From the NCBI GenBank assembly GCA_043228905.1, contig JBHGNT010000006.1:5766001-5830000 (forward strand): 64,000 bases of DNA, read 5' to 3'. Below are positions 34,460 to 47,165 of the stretch, piece after piece. Under the pieces are notes generated by a model. It searched no databases. It was not told the origin of the DNA and saw only the letters and a list, made by a program, of their open reading frames with translations. Made by a program: the position numbers and the translations under genes. The stretch comes from Azolla caroliniana (taxonomy: Eukaryota > Plantae > Polypodiophyta). The first letter of the stretch is position 1; the number at the start of each line of letters is the position of its first letter.

Positions 34460-36544
34460 ATGCCCAGTGTAGTGGTGAAGCTTCGTAGTTTCTACTTCAA
34501 AACTCTGTTGAAGCATAGACTTCTGAATTCACAGGCTTTGACCAACAAGAGTAAGCATGGCTATGGAGCTCTTCTCTCTTCTTCAAACAGAGTACCTGCC
34601 AATGCCTCCTTTGTTGATGGAGTGGCTACCAAAGATGTCAATATTGATCACTCAGTTACTCTCAGGATTTTCTTGCCCGAATCTGCATTACGTGAAGAAG
34701 ATTTGATGAGTGCAAGTACTCATGGAGACATCAGAAGAGGAAAAGACACAGAGAAAGATGCCATGCCATACCTAGAAAGGAAAGAAACAAGGCGAAACAG
34801 TGATGCAGGTCATGTGAAGAAGAAGGAAGGTCAGGAAATGGGTAGGAGAACAAGTTGGGGTGGAGATCTATCGACGAGGAACCATATGCAAAGGATTGAA
34901 AGGCTCGATGAGCCTAGAATAGATGAAGCGAGTCAAGTGATAGCACAAGAAGGGAACCATGTTATAGCATCCATTACAGATGTGAAACGACCATCAGATC
35001 GGCCTCCGGAAGCATCACCCAGAGTCGACAATCATGGAAGCAAGAGGGGTTCTGTTGCTACTTACCATGGCTATATACCAGATTTTACTACCCGTGATCA
35101 CAAGAAGCTTCCTATCATAGTGCATTTCCATGGTGGAGGGTTCGTTACTGGTACCAAAGACTCGGCTGGGAATGACATCTTTTGTAGACATATGGCCAAA
35201 CTATGCGATGCAATTGTGGTTTCGGTCGGGTACAGACTTGCTCCTGAGCACAAGTATCCAGCTGCTTTTGATGATGGTTTTGATGCATTGAGCTGGCTCG
35301 CAAAGCAAGCGAATTTAGCCGAGTGCACGAAATCGGGTGTGGGGTTTAATAATCTGTCATTGCACTTATCAAATCACAGGCAGTTGATCAATACTTTTTG
35401 TGGATCTACCATTGTGGAGCCCTGGCTTGCTGCTCATGGTGACCCGTCCAGGTAAATTTATATATTTCTTGGTGCTTGAAGAGATCTTTCCTTACTGTTA
35501 TCCACACAAAAATGTTTAACTTATTCTGCCTTAAATCAACATGGTTCTGGTATTAGTTCAACCATGCTAGCGGTAATGGTGAACCTTGGCCATTCACACA
35601 CTATGTGGTAGATAATAGGTATATATTTTATATGCAGAGTTTTGGGAATAGACGGGACGGGGTAAGTTTGACGAGGGAAAAAGAGTTCTGGGTCAATTCT
35701 GTTTGGATTTTTGTCTTTGTCTATTGTTTATGTTGGTAACAGCAAAGCAGTGTTTTTTTATACATGTAGATGTAAACCTCATTGATTTAACATCAAAATG
35801 TTTACATGCACATACATATATTGAATTCCTCTAAGAGCTGCGTGCATCATGTGTCCTCATTGGTCATCTCCAGTGCATCCGATATACATTTCTGTGATTT
35901 GCTGTCTAAAACTTGGTTTGCAAATTTGCAATTGTTGTCTTAATTTCTCTCATGCTGCAATGCCCATGAAACGCTTGAATTTTTAATATATGCTGGTGGA
36001 TTCCAGATGTGTATTACTTGGAGTGAGCTCTGGTGGAAACATTGCAGATTTTGTTGCAAGAAAAGTGGTTCAAGCAGGTCGTTCACTAGAGCCGATCAAA
36101 GTGGTTGCACAAGTCCTTATGTATCCATTCTTTATTGGATCAATCCAGACACAATCCGAGATCAAGCTTGCGAATTCGTATTTCTACGACAAATCAACCT
36201 GTATTCTCGCATGGAAGCTCTTCTTTCCAGAACGAGAATTCTCCCTTGACCATCCCGTGGCGAACCCTCTTGTTGAATGTAGAGACCCACCTTTGAAACA
36301 CATGCCTCCTACACTAACTGTGGTTGCAGAATTGGATTGGATGAAGGATCGTGCCATTGCTTATTCTGAAGAGTTGAGGAAGGTAAACCTCGATGCCCCT
36401 GTTTTAGAGTATAAAGATGCAGTGCATGAGTTTGCAACATTGGATTTTCTTGTTGATTCCCGGCAAGCTGAGGCATGCCGAGAAGACATTGCTATTTGGA
36501 TGAAGAAGTATATATCCCACAAGGGTCATGAACTTTCTTACTAG
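34460..36544 (+). CDS. Carboxylesterase, plant CXE11/CXE16-like (HSL/GID1 alpha/beta-hydrolase family), ~509 aa
   Basis: Two exons, 34460-35451 and 36007-36544 (GT-AG). Oxyanion motif HFHGGGF, VGYRLAPEHKYPAAFDDG, nucleophile GVSSG, acid AELDW, His in DAVHEF; ends in GHELSY*. Confidence 0.93.
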
Positions 36545-39500
36545 AGGCATTGAAACAAGAAACAAGAGTTTTGAAGCGTCTGTAGCCGAGTTCTTATTTT
36601 TGAATTCTTGGTTTTTATGCTAGTCGATTGGTTCTCAACTTTAAAAGTGAGAAGTGTCGAAGCTCATAGTGGAGTGTTCTACTTTAGTTTTATTTTACTT
36701 GTAAAAATCTTTTTGTTCTAATGCTACTCGATTCCACCAAATTCCTTCCATACAAACATCATCCCTCTAGCTCTTTAAACATTCAATACATATACTTTTA
36801 ACAATGATTTATGGGATCGTAAAACAATCCTTAATGTTAGTAGGAAAAACATTCTTTGACAAATAAACATTCAAGTTCCTTATTGTCAGTTGTATCATGT
36901 CTCATAGCTCAAATTCTTTTCTCCGTACTGACCTAGTCAGCCTACAGTTCCATTGCTGACCAGGCTTCTTTCAACTTCACTAAACCACACAGAAAATCAT
37001 GTGTGAGGAAACATGGGTTTTATCTGAATGTATATATATCTTTTTTTATCTACCCCCTTTTGATCAAGGTTCCAGATGTTGCATTTTTCCTAGCTCTCAA
37101 ATTACCAACATCTAAAGAGATTCGAAAATATATTCCTTGGGTTATTTGGCTCTCAAAGAATCATGAGCTTTGATCATATATCATCCTCGACACTTTGTAC
37201 AATTGATTTTTTTTTCCGAGATACCTTGGAGAGACTCCAAGATGAATGTCTTCAAGATATTTGGAGAGATTCCAAGACAACCATAAACCAAATGGCATAT
37301 GATATCTCTCTCTGTGCATAATTAGAGCTACACAAAATAAATAAAAAGTATATTCAAAACAATCACACTAATGTATTTAAGCAACCAAATATTTCATATA
37401 AGAATGGCAAGACCTAAAATTACTATTGCAACATGCCATTCTACTTTCGAAGATGCTGTTTCAGCATGCTAATACATGAAAGGAGAATGTTTAAAGCACC
37501 AATTAAAAAGGACCTCCAAGTTGTGACATTGTGTGTAGTGAATATGTATTAGTTTGATAAATATGCATGGTGTTAGGTTAAAGAATGGAGCTTTGTAGGA
37601 AGACGTTATAAAGTATTTCAACCAGCTATTGAACTCACTATTTTGACTAGGTGAGCAAACTCATATTTATTTTGATTACAGAAGAAACAATTGCTTGTAT
37701 TGGCATGATATCTATTGTCTCGTGTGTAACATCACCTTATGAAATCTTTATTAGGAACCCATGAATAATTTCAATTTGATTGTCTACCAACTAAGGGACA
37801 TTATACTTCAAACTTGCATTCTTTACTTTGAGTGCTTCTAAGAACTATTTCAATTAGAGATTCAATTAAGGTACAAGATTTGACTAAAAACTACTTAAAG
37901 AGAGCCCTAACTCAAGTAAAAAAAGTTAAGAAGCTTGAGAAGAGTAAAAAAATGATGTTTATACTTCTTTTACAAATGGTTTTTTACCTTAATTCCATTT
38001 CATACTCATGTGAACACAACATGCTTTCTCTCTAGCTTCTAAATGTTGTCATCTACCCCTTTTACATTGTGACTTTGGACTTATGCCAATGCACTAGAAA
38101 AGGCCTAGAGAGTGTAGTGTCTAATGACTAAACATCCTCCCTAACCTAATGTGTGTTTACTCTTGGGTATTGTTAGTCGGCCAATCTAGTGTGGGAAATG
38201 ACATGAGAAGAGGTTAGGATGGAGAATGGGATGAAAAATATATCCTCAAGTGTGGAGATAGGATGTAGGATATGGAAATCGAGATTGGAAGAGAATGTTA
38301 GGTGGAAAGGGGATTGGGACTATGAGTTGGTGTATGAGAGGCAAATGTGAGTGTAATGGTGGTTGAAGGTAAGGATTGTAACATATACTGTCTTGTAGTA
38401 TTGGATATCAACATGGAGGCAAGATCAATGATTGGCATATGGATGCGTGGGTCAATAGAGGGAGGCTTGAAAGTTAATTGGGGTGTAGTGGCATTTTTGG
38501 CACCATCGAGGTATACGTCATAAACTATGTCATGTTGCGACAATATCCAAAGGTTATGTATGTAGGTAACGTTGATTAGGGTTAGTGTCCAAAGGTAGCA
38601 AAGAGTTGTTTGAATTGGGTGTTGACTACGAACATGGAATCATGTTGAGAAAAATTGTAAGGGCACAACGAGTTGTGTCTAAGATTTTCCATATGTTGCA
38701 CATTGATCTCTTTAATTAAGTCAAAGGCGAGACCCTTTTTTGGGTATTCACACAAATGAAAGGAATTGTCTTAAAAGGATGGCTCCCATAACAATGCTTG
38801 GAGTATTGGAAAGATGTAAATTGATGCTAGGAACTCAAGTCTAGGGATGGTGATCGAATCATTGATGACATTGGTCATGATCTTGAGTATCCAAATTTCC
38901 CTAGGTTTGTGTTGGGGAGGTGTGGGACAAAAGACCAATCGAATACATATGATGCTTGGGGCATCCTTTTGGGAGCTCAATAATCTAACTAGAGCCATTA
39001 TCAAGACGATTGCACACTAGACAGTTCCAAAAACCGTTCCCGTGATTTTAAGGGGATAGAGGTCAACCATGTTGGCACTTTGTCCATATAAAGTGCTAGA
39101 TAGAGGAGTAGGTTGTCATTTTATGCCACACCAATTAGGGGATAAAAGTGACCAAGTTTAATAAAAAGAAGCATACTGGCAGTCTAGCGAGAAATGCCAT
39201 AATGTCTAATTACAAAAATAAATATACTTAATTAGGTTGCAGGACTAGTTATAATATGATAGGGAAACCTAGTCAAGCAACAACTCAATGAACAGAACAT
39301 TAACATTAAAGGACAATATAACGACCCACAATAATACCATTTGTAAGATGATTGAGTGATGCATTTTTAAGAGTTTGATTTCTAATCGACTATCAGTCAA
39401 AGGATATGTACATTGTAATATAATATCGTGACAATTGTGAGTGCTTCTCTTGTGTTCATATGTGTAAATGGTGTCCTTCTTTGGTACTATGTTGTCAATT

Positions 39501-39929
39501 CCCATCTCCACTTGTATATGACATTTTCCAACCCATGTATGTTACACAAGAGAGGTCATAGGAACAATGTGAGAGCAAAGATGTTTGAGGTAGAACTTTC
39601 TAAACATACAATACCACCCTCCTTGATGAATGTTTATAGCAGAATGCATCAACTAGTATAAGTTGATCTAAACTTTCAACATCATAACATATCATTGCTT
39701 GAGAGTTTTTTTTGTAGGGTACAAAGAGAGGAATAGGCATCAACAAGGTGGATTAATGTATATCGCTAGAAAGACACAATGATGGTAGAAAAGTGCTATG
39801 AATAGTTGATGACCATGAAGGAGTTGCTTAATGTATGTTCGAGAACTACAATAAGACAACAAGCCACCAACCAACCAATTAAATAAGTTTTCTTGTGCCC
39901 TCGAGGCCAAGCTATTTTATGTTACTATA

Positions 39930-40212
39930 AGTCTAGACTACCCTAAAAACTCACTTAGGAAGTCACGATGTCCCCACTGTCCACATTGATCACACCTTCC
40001 ATACTTTCCACCACATCATCACCTCATATTCAAAATCAAGTATCCAATCATTCCGATGAGTAGCGTTAAGCTAGTGTTGGTTCAACATTGATTGTACTAT
40101 GACTCAAGCCTACCCCCTAAAAGCTCACTTAGTAGTTAACATGTCACCTATAGCTCAATGTCACCGTCCACATTGACCACACCTTCCATATTTTCCACCA
40201 CACCATCACCTT
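39930..40212. repeat. Imperfect direct repeat (two ~90-100 bp copies)
   Basis: ctaccctaaaaactcacttag...gtccacattgatcacaccttccatactttccaccacatcatcacct at ~39938-40024 recurs at ~40110-40211. Confidence 0.75.
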
Positions 40213-40999
40213 GTATTTATCGAGTTTTCAACATTTATGTGAAAGAACCAATGTGGAATGAAGTTAACATCATTCTTCTTTGTATGGAACGCAAACGAAC
40301 TACCCCAACACCTTAATACAAAACTCTCAAAGGGTATACATGTATGGTATTTGAGCTCTTCTTGGATAGCTATGACACCAATTGATTTCCCACCATCAAT
40401 GCACTTTGTATTGCCTTCCAAAGCATACTAAATAGGAAATTATATGTTCAAGAATCCTTAAATTACTTTTACAGAATGTGTCATATGTCCCAAGAAAGAA
40501 AGAAATAAAGAAAGAAATATTAACGTCTTTTAAGGTCAAAATTGGCCCATGAGACAATTGGTTTATAACAAAATAGGGTATTTACTAAATCACAAAAGAA
40601 GAAGTAAAAAAGAACTTAAGCTAAAAGAGTTCTAGTATTGTACAAAATGCGTTATGGTGTAACATATTCTATAAAGGAAATGACTTTGTACCAGGCCTAG
40701 TTTCATTTCCATCCAAGTCTCTCGAAAAGAAACGGGAGGTCAAAGGGTTTCAATGTGGGTGTGACCAGTGGCGCCGATGTAGAAGGTACCCCAACCATGG
40801 CTGGCTTCTAGGAGGCTCACATTCCCTTATTTTCTTAATTGTGTCTACACCACGTCGAGTTGCTTTGAAACTCGACATCCGAGGGTGTTTGGTTTTTCTT
40901 TGGTTTTTTGCTTTATCAAGGAAGAGGCCGTGTGGTGTAGGTGTGTCCACATTCTTTATCACCCCATGTCCCTGAAAAACTTCATTGGTTACACGTTGA

Positions 41000-41812
41000 T
41001 GAATATTAGAAAAATTATTGTTAACATTTTGTACCTTATTCTCTCATATATGATGTTTTAGCTCTAAGATATATTTGCCTAATTTCTTTATATCTAGAGT
41101 ATCTAATAGTTTGGAGAGGGTGGATGAGGGTCCGAGTATGTCTTGGTATTTTGCCCTTATCTCGGTGTAAGTTGGACACAGTCTTGCATGTAAAGCAGTA
41201 CTCATCTTCTATCTCGATGTGACATAATCTACATATCCTTTCCTCTCTAGGGACTCCATTAGTACGACCATTCTCAATCTCAAGTTGGTGAGATGATATT
41301 CTAACTTGTCCAATGACAACCCTTAATGCATTTGGTAAGAATGCATCTAGGTATTTTGGTCGTGTAATAAAACCTAACTTAGAGAAGTGCATGAAGTGTT
41401 CCTTATAGTACAACATTTTAGATGGGAGTGGCTCTAGTGGGGCGATCCATTTATACTAAGTGTAAAATTATCATATTTCTTGGTGTATTACTTTATTACG
41501 GTCCTAATGTGATTTATCAATCTCGTGGTTGTACCTAAGGGGAGGTAGGTTATTAAATGTCTAGGACATTTGCAAGAAGCCAACTCACCATCGTGATATA
41601 CCATGAACTAGTATATCTGGACACATAGAGTGATTATGATGCCTCAAAAGCTTGACGAGATATTGTATCTTGTGGTTGGCTATGTATCCTATGAATAAAT
41701 ATACAAGTTGAAAAAGTGCTTCTACTAACATCGGGGGTAAAGTGAACTCAACTCTAATAATGTCATGTGGTACTGTCAATTTGCTTCGGAGTTGATTAAA
41801 GTTATAGCCCAA
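41000..41812 (-). mobile_element. Decayed non-LTR retrotransposon (LINE), 3' part of ORF2
   Basis: Peptides TVPHDIIRVEFTLPP and RISSHQLEIENGRTNGVPREERICRLCHIEIEDEY match the C-terminal SSHxLxIExGR...RxCxxC...EDExH zinc-finger region of RTEX/CR1-group LINE ORF2 proteins (recognised from memory). Stops and frameshifts are present. Confidence 0.75.
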
Positions 41813-44800
41813 CGGATTTCAATTTCGGAGTCGATTTCGATGTGCTTGGTCCTATAATGTTGTACCCGATTGCTGCCAATGCTGATTGCTGACTTATTGT
41901 CACACCACAACTTCATCTGATTTTCTTGATTCATCTTTAGTTCTACAAGGAGAGTTCTTAACCACATCTTCGCAACTCCTACAACAATAGTTCTATACTT
42001 TGCTTCTGTTGTTGACATTGCTACAATCTACTACCAATAGTTTTTTACTTTTCCAAGAGATCAGATTGCCCCCAACATACATACAATATCCTAATGTGGA
42101 TTTCCTATCATCAACACAACTAACCCAATCAGAATCACAATAATCCTAAATGTTAAAAGGACCATGTTTTCTTAAGATCAATCCCTTCCCTAGGGCACCT
42201 TTGAGATATCTCAAAATCTGGTACACTACATCCATATGATCTTTCCTCCGATCATGCATGTAGTGACTTACCACATTTACTGCAAATGAAATATTTGGGC
42301 GAGTGTGAGTCAAATAAATCAGCTGACCTATCAATCTTTGATACCTTTCACAATAAACTTTCTCCTCTGCAAGTTTAGTTAACTTGATCTTTGGGTCAAT
42401 CAGAGAAGCTACAAGCTTAAAACCCAATATTCCAGTTTTTGTGAGAAGATCTAATACATATTTTTGTTTGAATTGTACCAAAACTTGGGGGATATCCATG
42501 TACACTTCCTCCATCAATTCTCCATGAAGGAATGCATTTTTTTTTACATCTAATTGATGTAATTTCCAAACCTTATTCACTGCAGCTAAGGAAATAAATG
42601 TTCTAATAGTGCTCATCTTCGCCACATGTGCAAAAGTCTCATCGTAATGTCTGACTATATCCCTTAGCCACTAATCACGCCTTGTAATGATTTATTTTTC
42701 CCTATGGGGTTTGTTTTATTGTAAACACCCATTTGCACGCAACCGCCTTCTTTCTTGGTGGTAGTGACACAATCTCCCAAGTTTTGTTCTTCTCAAAAGC
42801 TCTGAGTTCTTCTTGCATAACTACTTTCTAGTTTGGATCTTCTTTAGCAACATGCCAACACTTGGATAAAGTGACATAGTCTAATGATGCAATGAATGCT
42901 CTATGTGTAGGTGATATGTTAGAATAAGAGTTAAACTGAGAAATAACACGAGGAAAACAATAACGATTAGGAGGGACCCCTGCATTACTGTGAGACTTAG
43001 GTTCTACTAACCATTATAGGAGAAAGAAAGGAAATCATATCACCGGTGATTTTTGAGTTTGGGAGTTCTATAGGTATTTAAGAAGTTGAGGCATGTCGAG
43101 ACATGGAACTTGATGGCACAAGTGACACTGCAGACGTGTTCATATTTCCTTCCTTTTGCCTCTTCCTCTAGGTATACAACTTTAGCTCGTCTTCAGTTTG
43201 AGTCCCAACACATACAGGTTCCTTACCTTCATTTCCTTCTTCCTCATCTCCTCATCTCTTACGCGCACTTGTTTCTCAGATGGTGTAGGGATCAACAAAA
43301 GGAATTGATCCTATTTTGGCAACCTCTCACTATGATCTCCTTCCCTCATATTTTCAATCTCAATTAAATCATCACAACGTGAAGTTACCTCTTGTTTGTA
43401 ATACAACTCCGACTCTTAGAAATGCACATCTATGCTCACAAATAATCTCTTCTCCACTGGACTCCAAAATCATCATCATGCTTTGGGACATTCATACAAA
43501 ATCATCATGCTTCTTGTTACATCTAGAAGATGTCTATTCTTCCTCTCTGCTACTTGATTTTGTGTCGGAGTATATGGGCACGCAATTTGCTATTGTATTC
43601 CTTAATTTGGTAGTTATGCCCTAAACGTAATGTTAGCATGCTCTATTCCATTATTAGACCTCAACACCTTTACTACTGTACCATATTGAGTTTGAACAAC
43701 TCTATGAAAATCTTTAAAGCAAGCAAATACTTCATTCTTATTTTTCATCAAATATAACCAAGTAACATGAGAGAAGCAGTCAATGAAAGAGACAAAATTT
43801 CTATATCCCTTAATAAAACTTGAGGAACACGGTCCCCAAACATTGGAGTGTATCACATCAAACACATGGGGACTCCTATGACCTGAACTAACATACCCGG
43901 TTTTAGTAAGCTTACCAAATTCACATGCATCACAAACAAGTTTCGATTTATCAGCCTTTTCAAAAAGGTGTGGATACACCCGCCTCAAAACCCCAAAAGA
44001 GGTATGTCCCATATGTACGTTGGTGGTAAAGCATCAACAAGTTCTCACAACTCATTTTAGATCCCCTTACATTTGTTCCCTCTACCATAAATGCTAATGC
44101 TGAATCCAACACTTCACGATCCAAATACCATAGTCCATTATGCCATGTGCCAATCCCAAGTCTCCGACCTTTCCCTTTCTCTTGGAATGTCACCTTGGGA
44201 ATACCAAAAGAAACAACACATTTTAGTTCGAGTATGATAGAACTTATGGATAATAGGTTTATTGGGTATGAAGTAGCATGCAACACATTAGACAATGTCA
44301 CAAAGTCGGTTACACATTTCACTATACCTATACCAATTACAGGTTGTGTTGTACTGTCAATAGTTTGAATTCTCTCTGGTATTGTTAAGTGAGTATATGA
44401 GGAGAACTTGCTAGCATTACCTGTCACATGCATAGATGCACCATAATCAATTATCCATTCTGGTGTAGAGGCAAGAGTATGCGTGTTACTAGTACCTTTG
44501 GCCGAATAAGCATAGGTAACAATGTTACCCCTTCGCATGAATGCGCCTCTTTGCTTCCTCCTAAGTTTTTCTAAGAGAGCTTGATCCTCTTTGGTGAACA
44601 TCACCTTAGCTCCTTCCTCTTCTTCTGCTACCATCAGGTTTGCATGGTGACCTCCTCTTCCACCTCTTCAACCTTCGCGACCGCGACCTCTAGTTTGTCC
44701 ACGTCCTCCATATTCTGGATGCCGAGGTGGTGGTTGTGTTCCCATCAAACCTCCAAACACTACAATCTTAGCATACTTCGTGTATTTCACCAATGTTTTC

Positions 44801-44960
44801 ACTTGTTCAATTTTGACAACACCTCATCCATCTTCTCAACCTAGACTATCTGTTCTCTCCTCTTCTGACTTCGTTTCTAAAGTCACCTTTCATTCACATA
44901 GTACTGTCATCCTAGAAGGAGAAGCCTCCCTTTCCTCTCTTGGATTCTATCTAAATCCCT
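41813..44960 (-). mobile_element. Degenerate Ty1/copia LTR-retrotransposon gag-pol remnant
   Basis: Copia domain order on the - strand: protease WIIDYGASMHVTG (~44440), GLWYL, integrase VCDACEFGK / IHSNVWGP / FIDCFSHVTWLYLMKNK / LRSNNG (43614-44012), RT WKLHQLDVK.NAFLHGEL.EEVYM and YLTHTRPNISFAV (42146-42760), RNase H STTEAKYR...WCDNKSAI...RTKHIEID (41813-42018). Frameshifts and internal deletions; no LTR pair was seen. Confidence 0.93.
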
Positions 44961-45102
44961 AATGATAGTGAATGATTAATTATAAACTAATGAGAAGGTG
45001 ATGCTACATAAAACAACCTTCTATGGTCTTGTAACGTATTGATTCATTGTGTATTCTTATTGTTAAAACTTAATATACATACTTATGTCATTGTGTGTGT
45101 GT

Positions 45103-45145
<43 letters not shown>

Positions 45146-46879
45146 CTATCATCTATTTCTCCAAATCTTTTACATGGCATCATAGCTTGAGACCATTCTT
45201 TTGTATTCATTATTTATTATGAAGTAAATTTTTTTTTAAGGTAAGAATATTAAGGTAAAAAGTGTAAAAAAAAGACATAAGAATGTTTTGATAACATACA
45301 TATTCGTATGAAAAAGAATGTTGCCAATGCATTCGAGTATATTACATACTATGACATAGTGTCTCATGAGTCCTTTGGTTGTCAATCAATTTTTAAACAA
45401 TAAAGGCCACTCCAAAAAACTTGTTAACCTACACCATTCACATTTTCACATGACATGACTTATAGACCATGGTTGGCCAAAAGAAGACTATGTCTAACAA
45501 TTACATGGTGTTGAAATTAAGATCGGTAATTGTCTAAGAAAATCAGAAGTCATGCTTGTACTACTTTTAACTAATTATTAGTAGATTTTATATTTTAAAT
45601 CATATGAAATGCATGCTTCTCAGTGCTAGTCCATGATATTATGATCAGTCTGCGATGTCCAATCGGTTTACTATCTATCTATATAGGATGATAATGATGG
45701 TCCCACATATCCTCCCTTGTTACCAATGCCACTACAGAAATTGTAGCATTTTACTAACTTTGACATTCATCCTAAATAGCATTGATTCATACTACATCAT
45801 CATCCTAATGGATAAACACTTACATTACCTTCTAAATAAAGAGAAAATATTGCACAACATCATAAAAGTAATTGTTCACCATGACTCAAGTTGACAAGAT
45901 ATACATCAAAGGCAAAATATCCCTACAAAGGTTTCCTTAGATAGATAACTTACCTCCAAAAAGATAATGTAAGTATAAAGAAAAGAAATACAAATTTAAA
46001 ATAATTATTAATACTTCACTTCAAGCACAGGTCAAAGGATTATGCATGAAATACCATAAAAAAACACAATAGCTCAACAATCCAACAATCAATGTCATGT
46101 CTAGTGTTAGGATAGCAGAGATGTATTCCATAGGAGGAACAGTCTCCATGTTAGGAGAATTTTTAGATCCAATTGGTAAAATATAAGCTAGTACATTTAA
46201 GCGAGTACCTTCCAACTTCATTCATCTAGCCTTTTTACCTTAAAAAAAACTCTTAATCCTTCGGCAAGAATTCCATTGAAGAGCAAACTTATTTTTATAT
46301 CAAAACAAGGTCATAGTGAGTTTTGCAAGACTTCTACTCAAAATTCTCCAGATTCATCTGAAAGATCAATTATGTGCCTATGGCAAAAACAGCTCATCCA
46401 AATCCATGTGAAACTTCACTAGAAGTTCCATACTTCCATATGTTACTCGATACATTTAGGCATGCAATTTCTTTTTCTTTTAATGATTGATTGAAAGCCA
46501 TCTCCAGCAGGCATGGCAGTTGAGCTCCCAAACTAGGGAAAAGGCTAAACCAAAATATTTTAATATACAATCTGCGGACTTGAGTAAAATAGAACACCAG
46601 TGTAAAATAGTATGTCTTCATATACAGCTTGCAGCAGAGCCTTCAAAACAATGCCCATATACATTACAAAGGTTGAAATTTTTGTTACAACTTGTCATGA
46701 ACCCAAGGGTGAATATGATTGGACTTGGAATATCCAAACCTTCTTCCTCTCGAAAGGGTCATATCAGTACTTAAGGCTTTAGAATATTTGAATCCTCTTT
46801 TCTACAAATGAAATGTAGAGGCTCATATTGAGCAGCACAGCTCCAAATCTCAGTGTTTCTGGCTGACCAATAAAAATGA

Positions 46880-47030
46880 CTTTTTTCCCTACTGAAAGAT
46901 TCTGAATCAAATACAGTGTTTCAGCTTTTTTCCTACCAAAAGATCCAATCAGATACAGTATTTCAGCTATATTTTTACTACTGAATCAAAATCTTGCATT
47001 TCAGCTTTTTTTTATACTGAAAGATCCAAC
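46880..47030. repeat. Three to four imperfect ~40-45 bp repeats downstream of the symplekin stop codon
   Basis: Recurring unit ctactgaaagat...aatca(a/g)atacagt(g/a)tttcagcttttt. Confidence 0.6.
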
Positions 47031-47165
47031 TCTGTTTGGATCTCCGAGGCATAATTTCCAGCAACAAAAAACCTTACCAAAATTGCAATGTGCTTCATCT
47101 GCAAATTTTTAAACAGATAAAAGCTTCTTGAATGCCATACAGGACCTTGCACCATTATCATAGGT

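Noticed and set aside
34460-36544. GID1 gibberellin receptor
   Set aside because: N- and C-terminal sequences match the CXE11/16 clade, and GID1 lid motifs are absent.
38200-39800. Possible L1 ORF1 remnant (LLWEPSF) on the - strand
   Set aside because: A single short motif with no continuous alignable frame.
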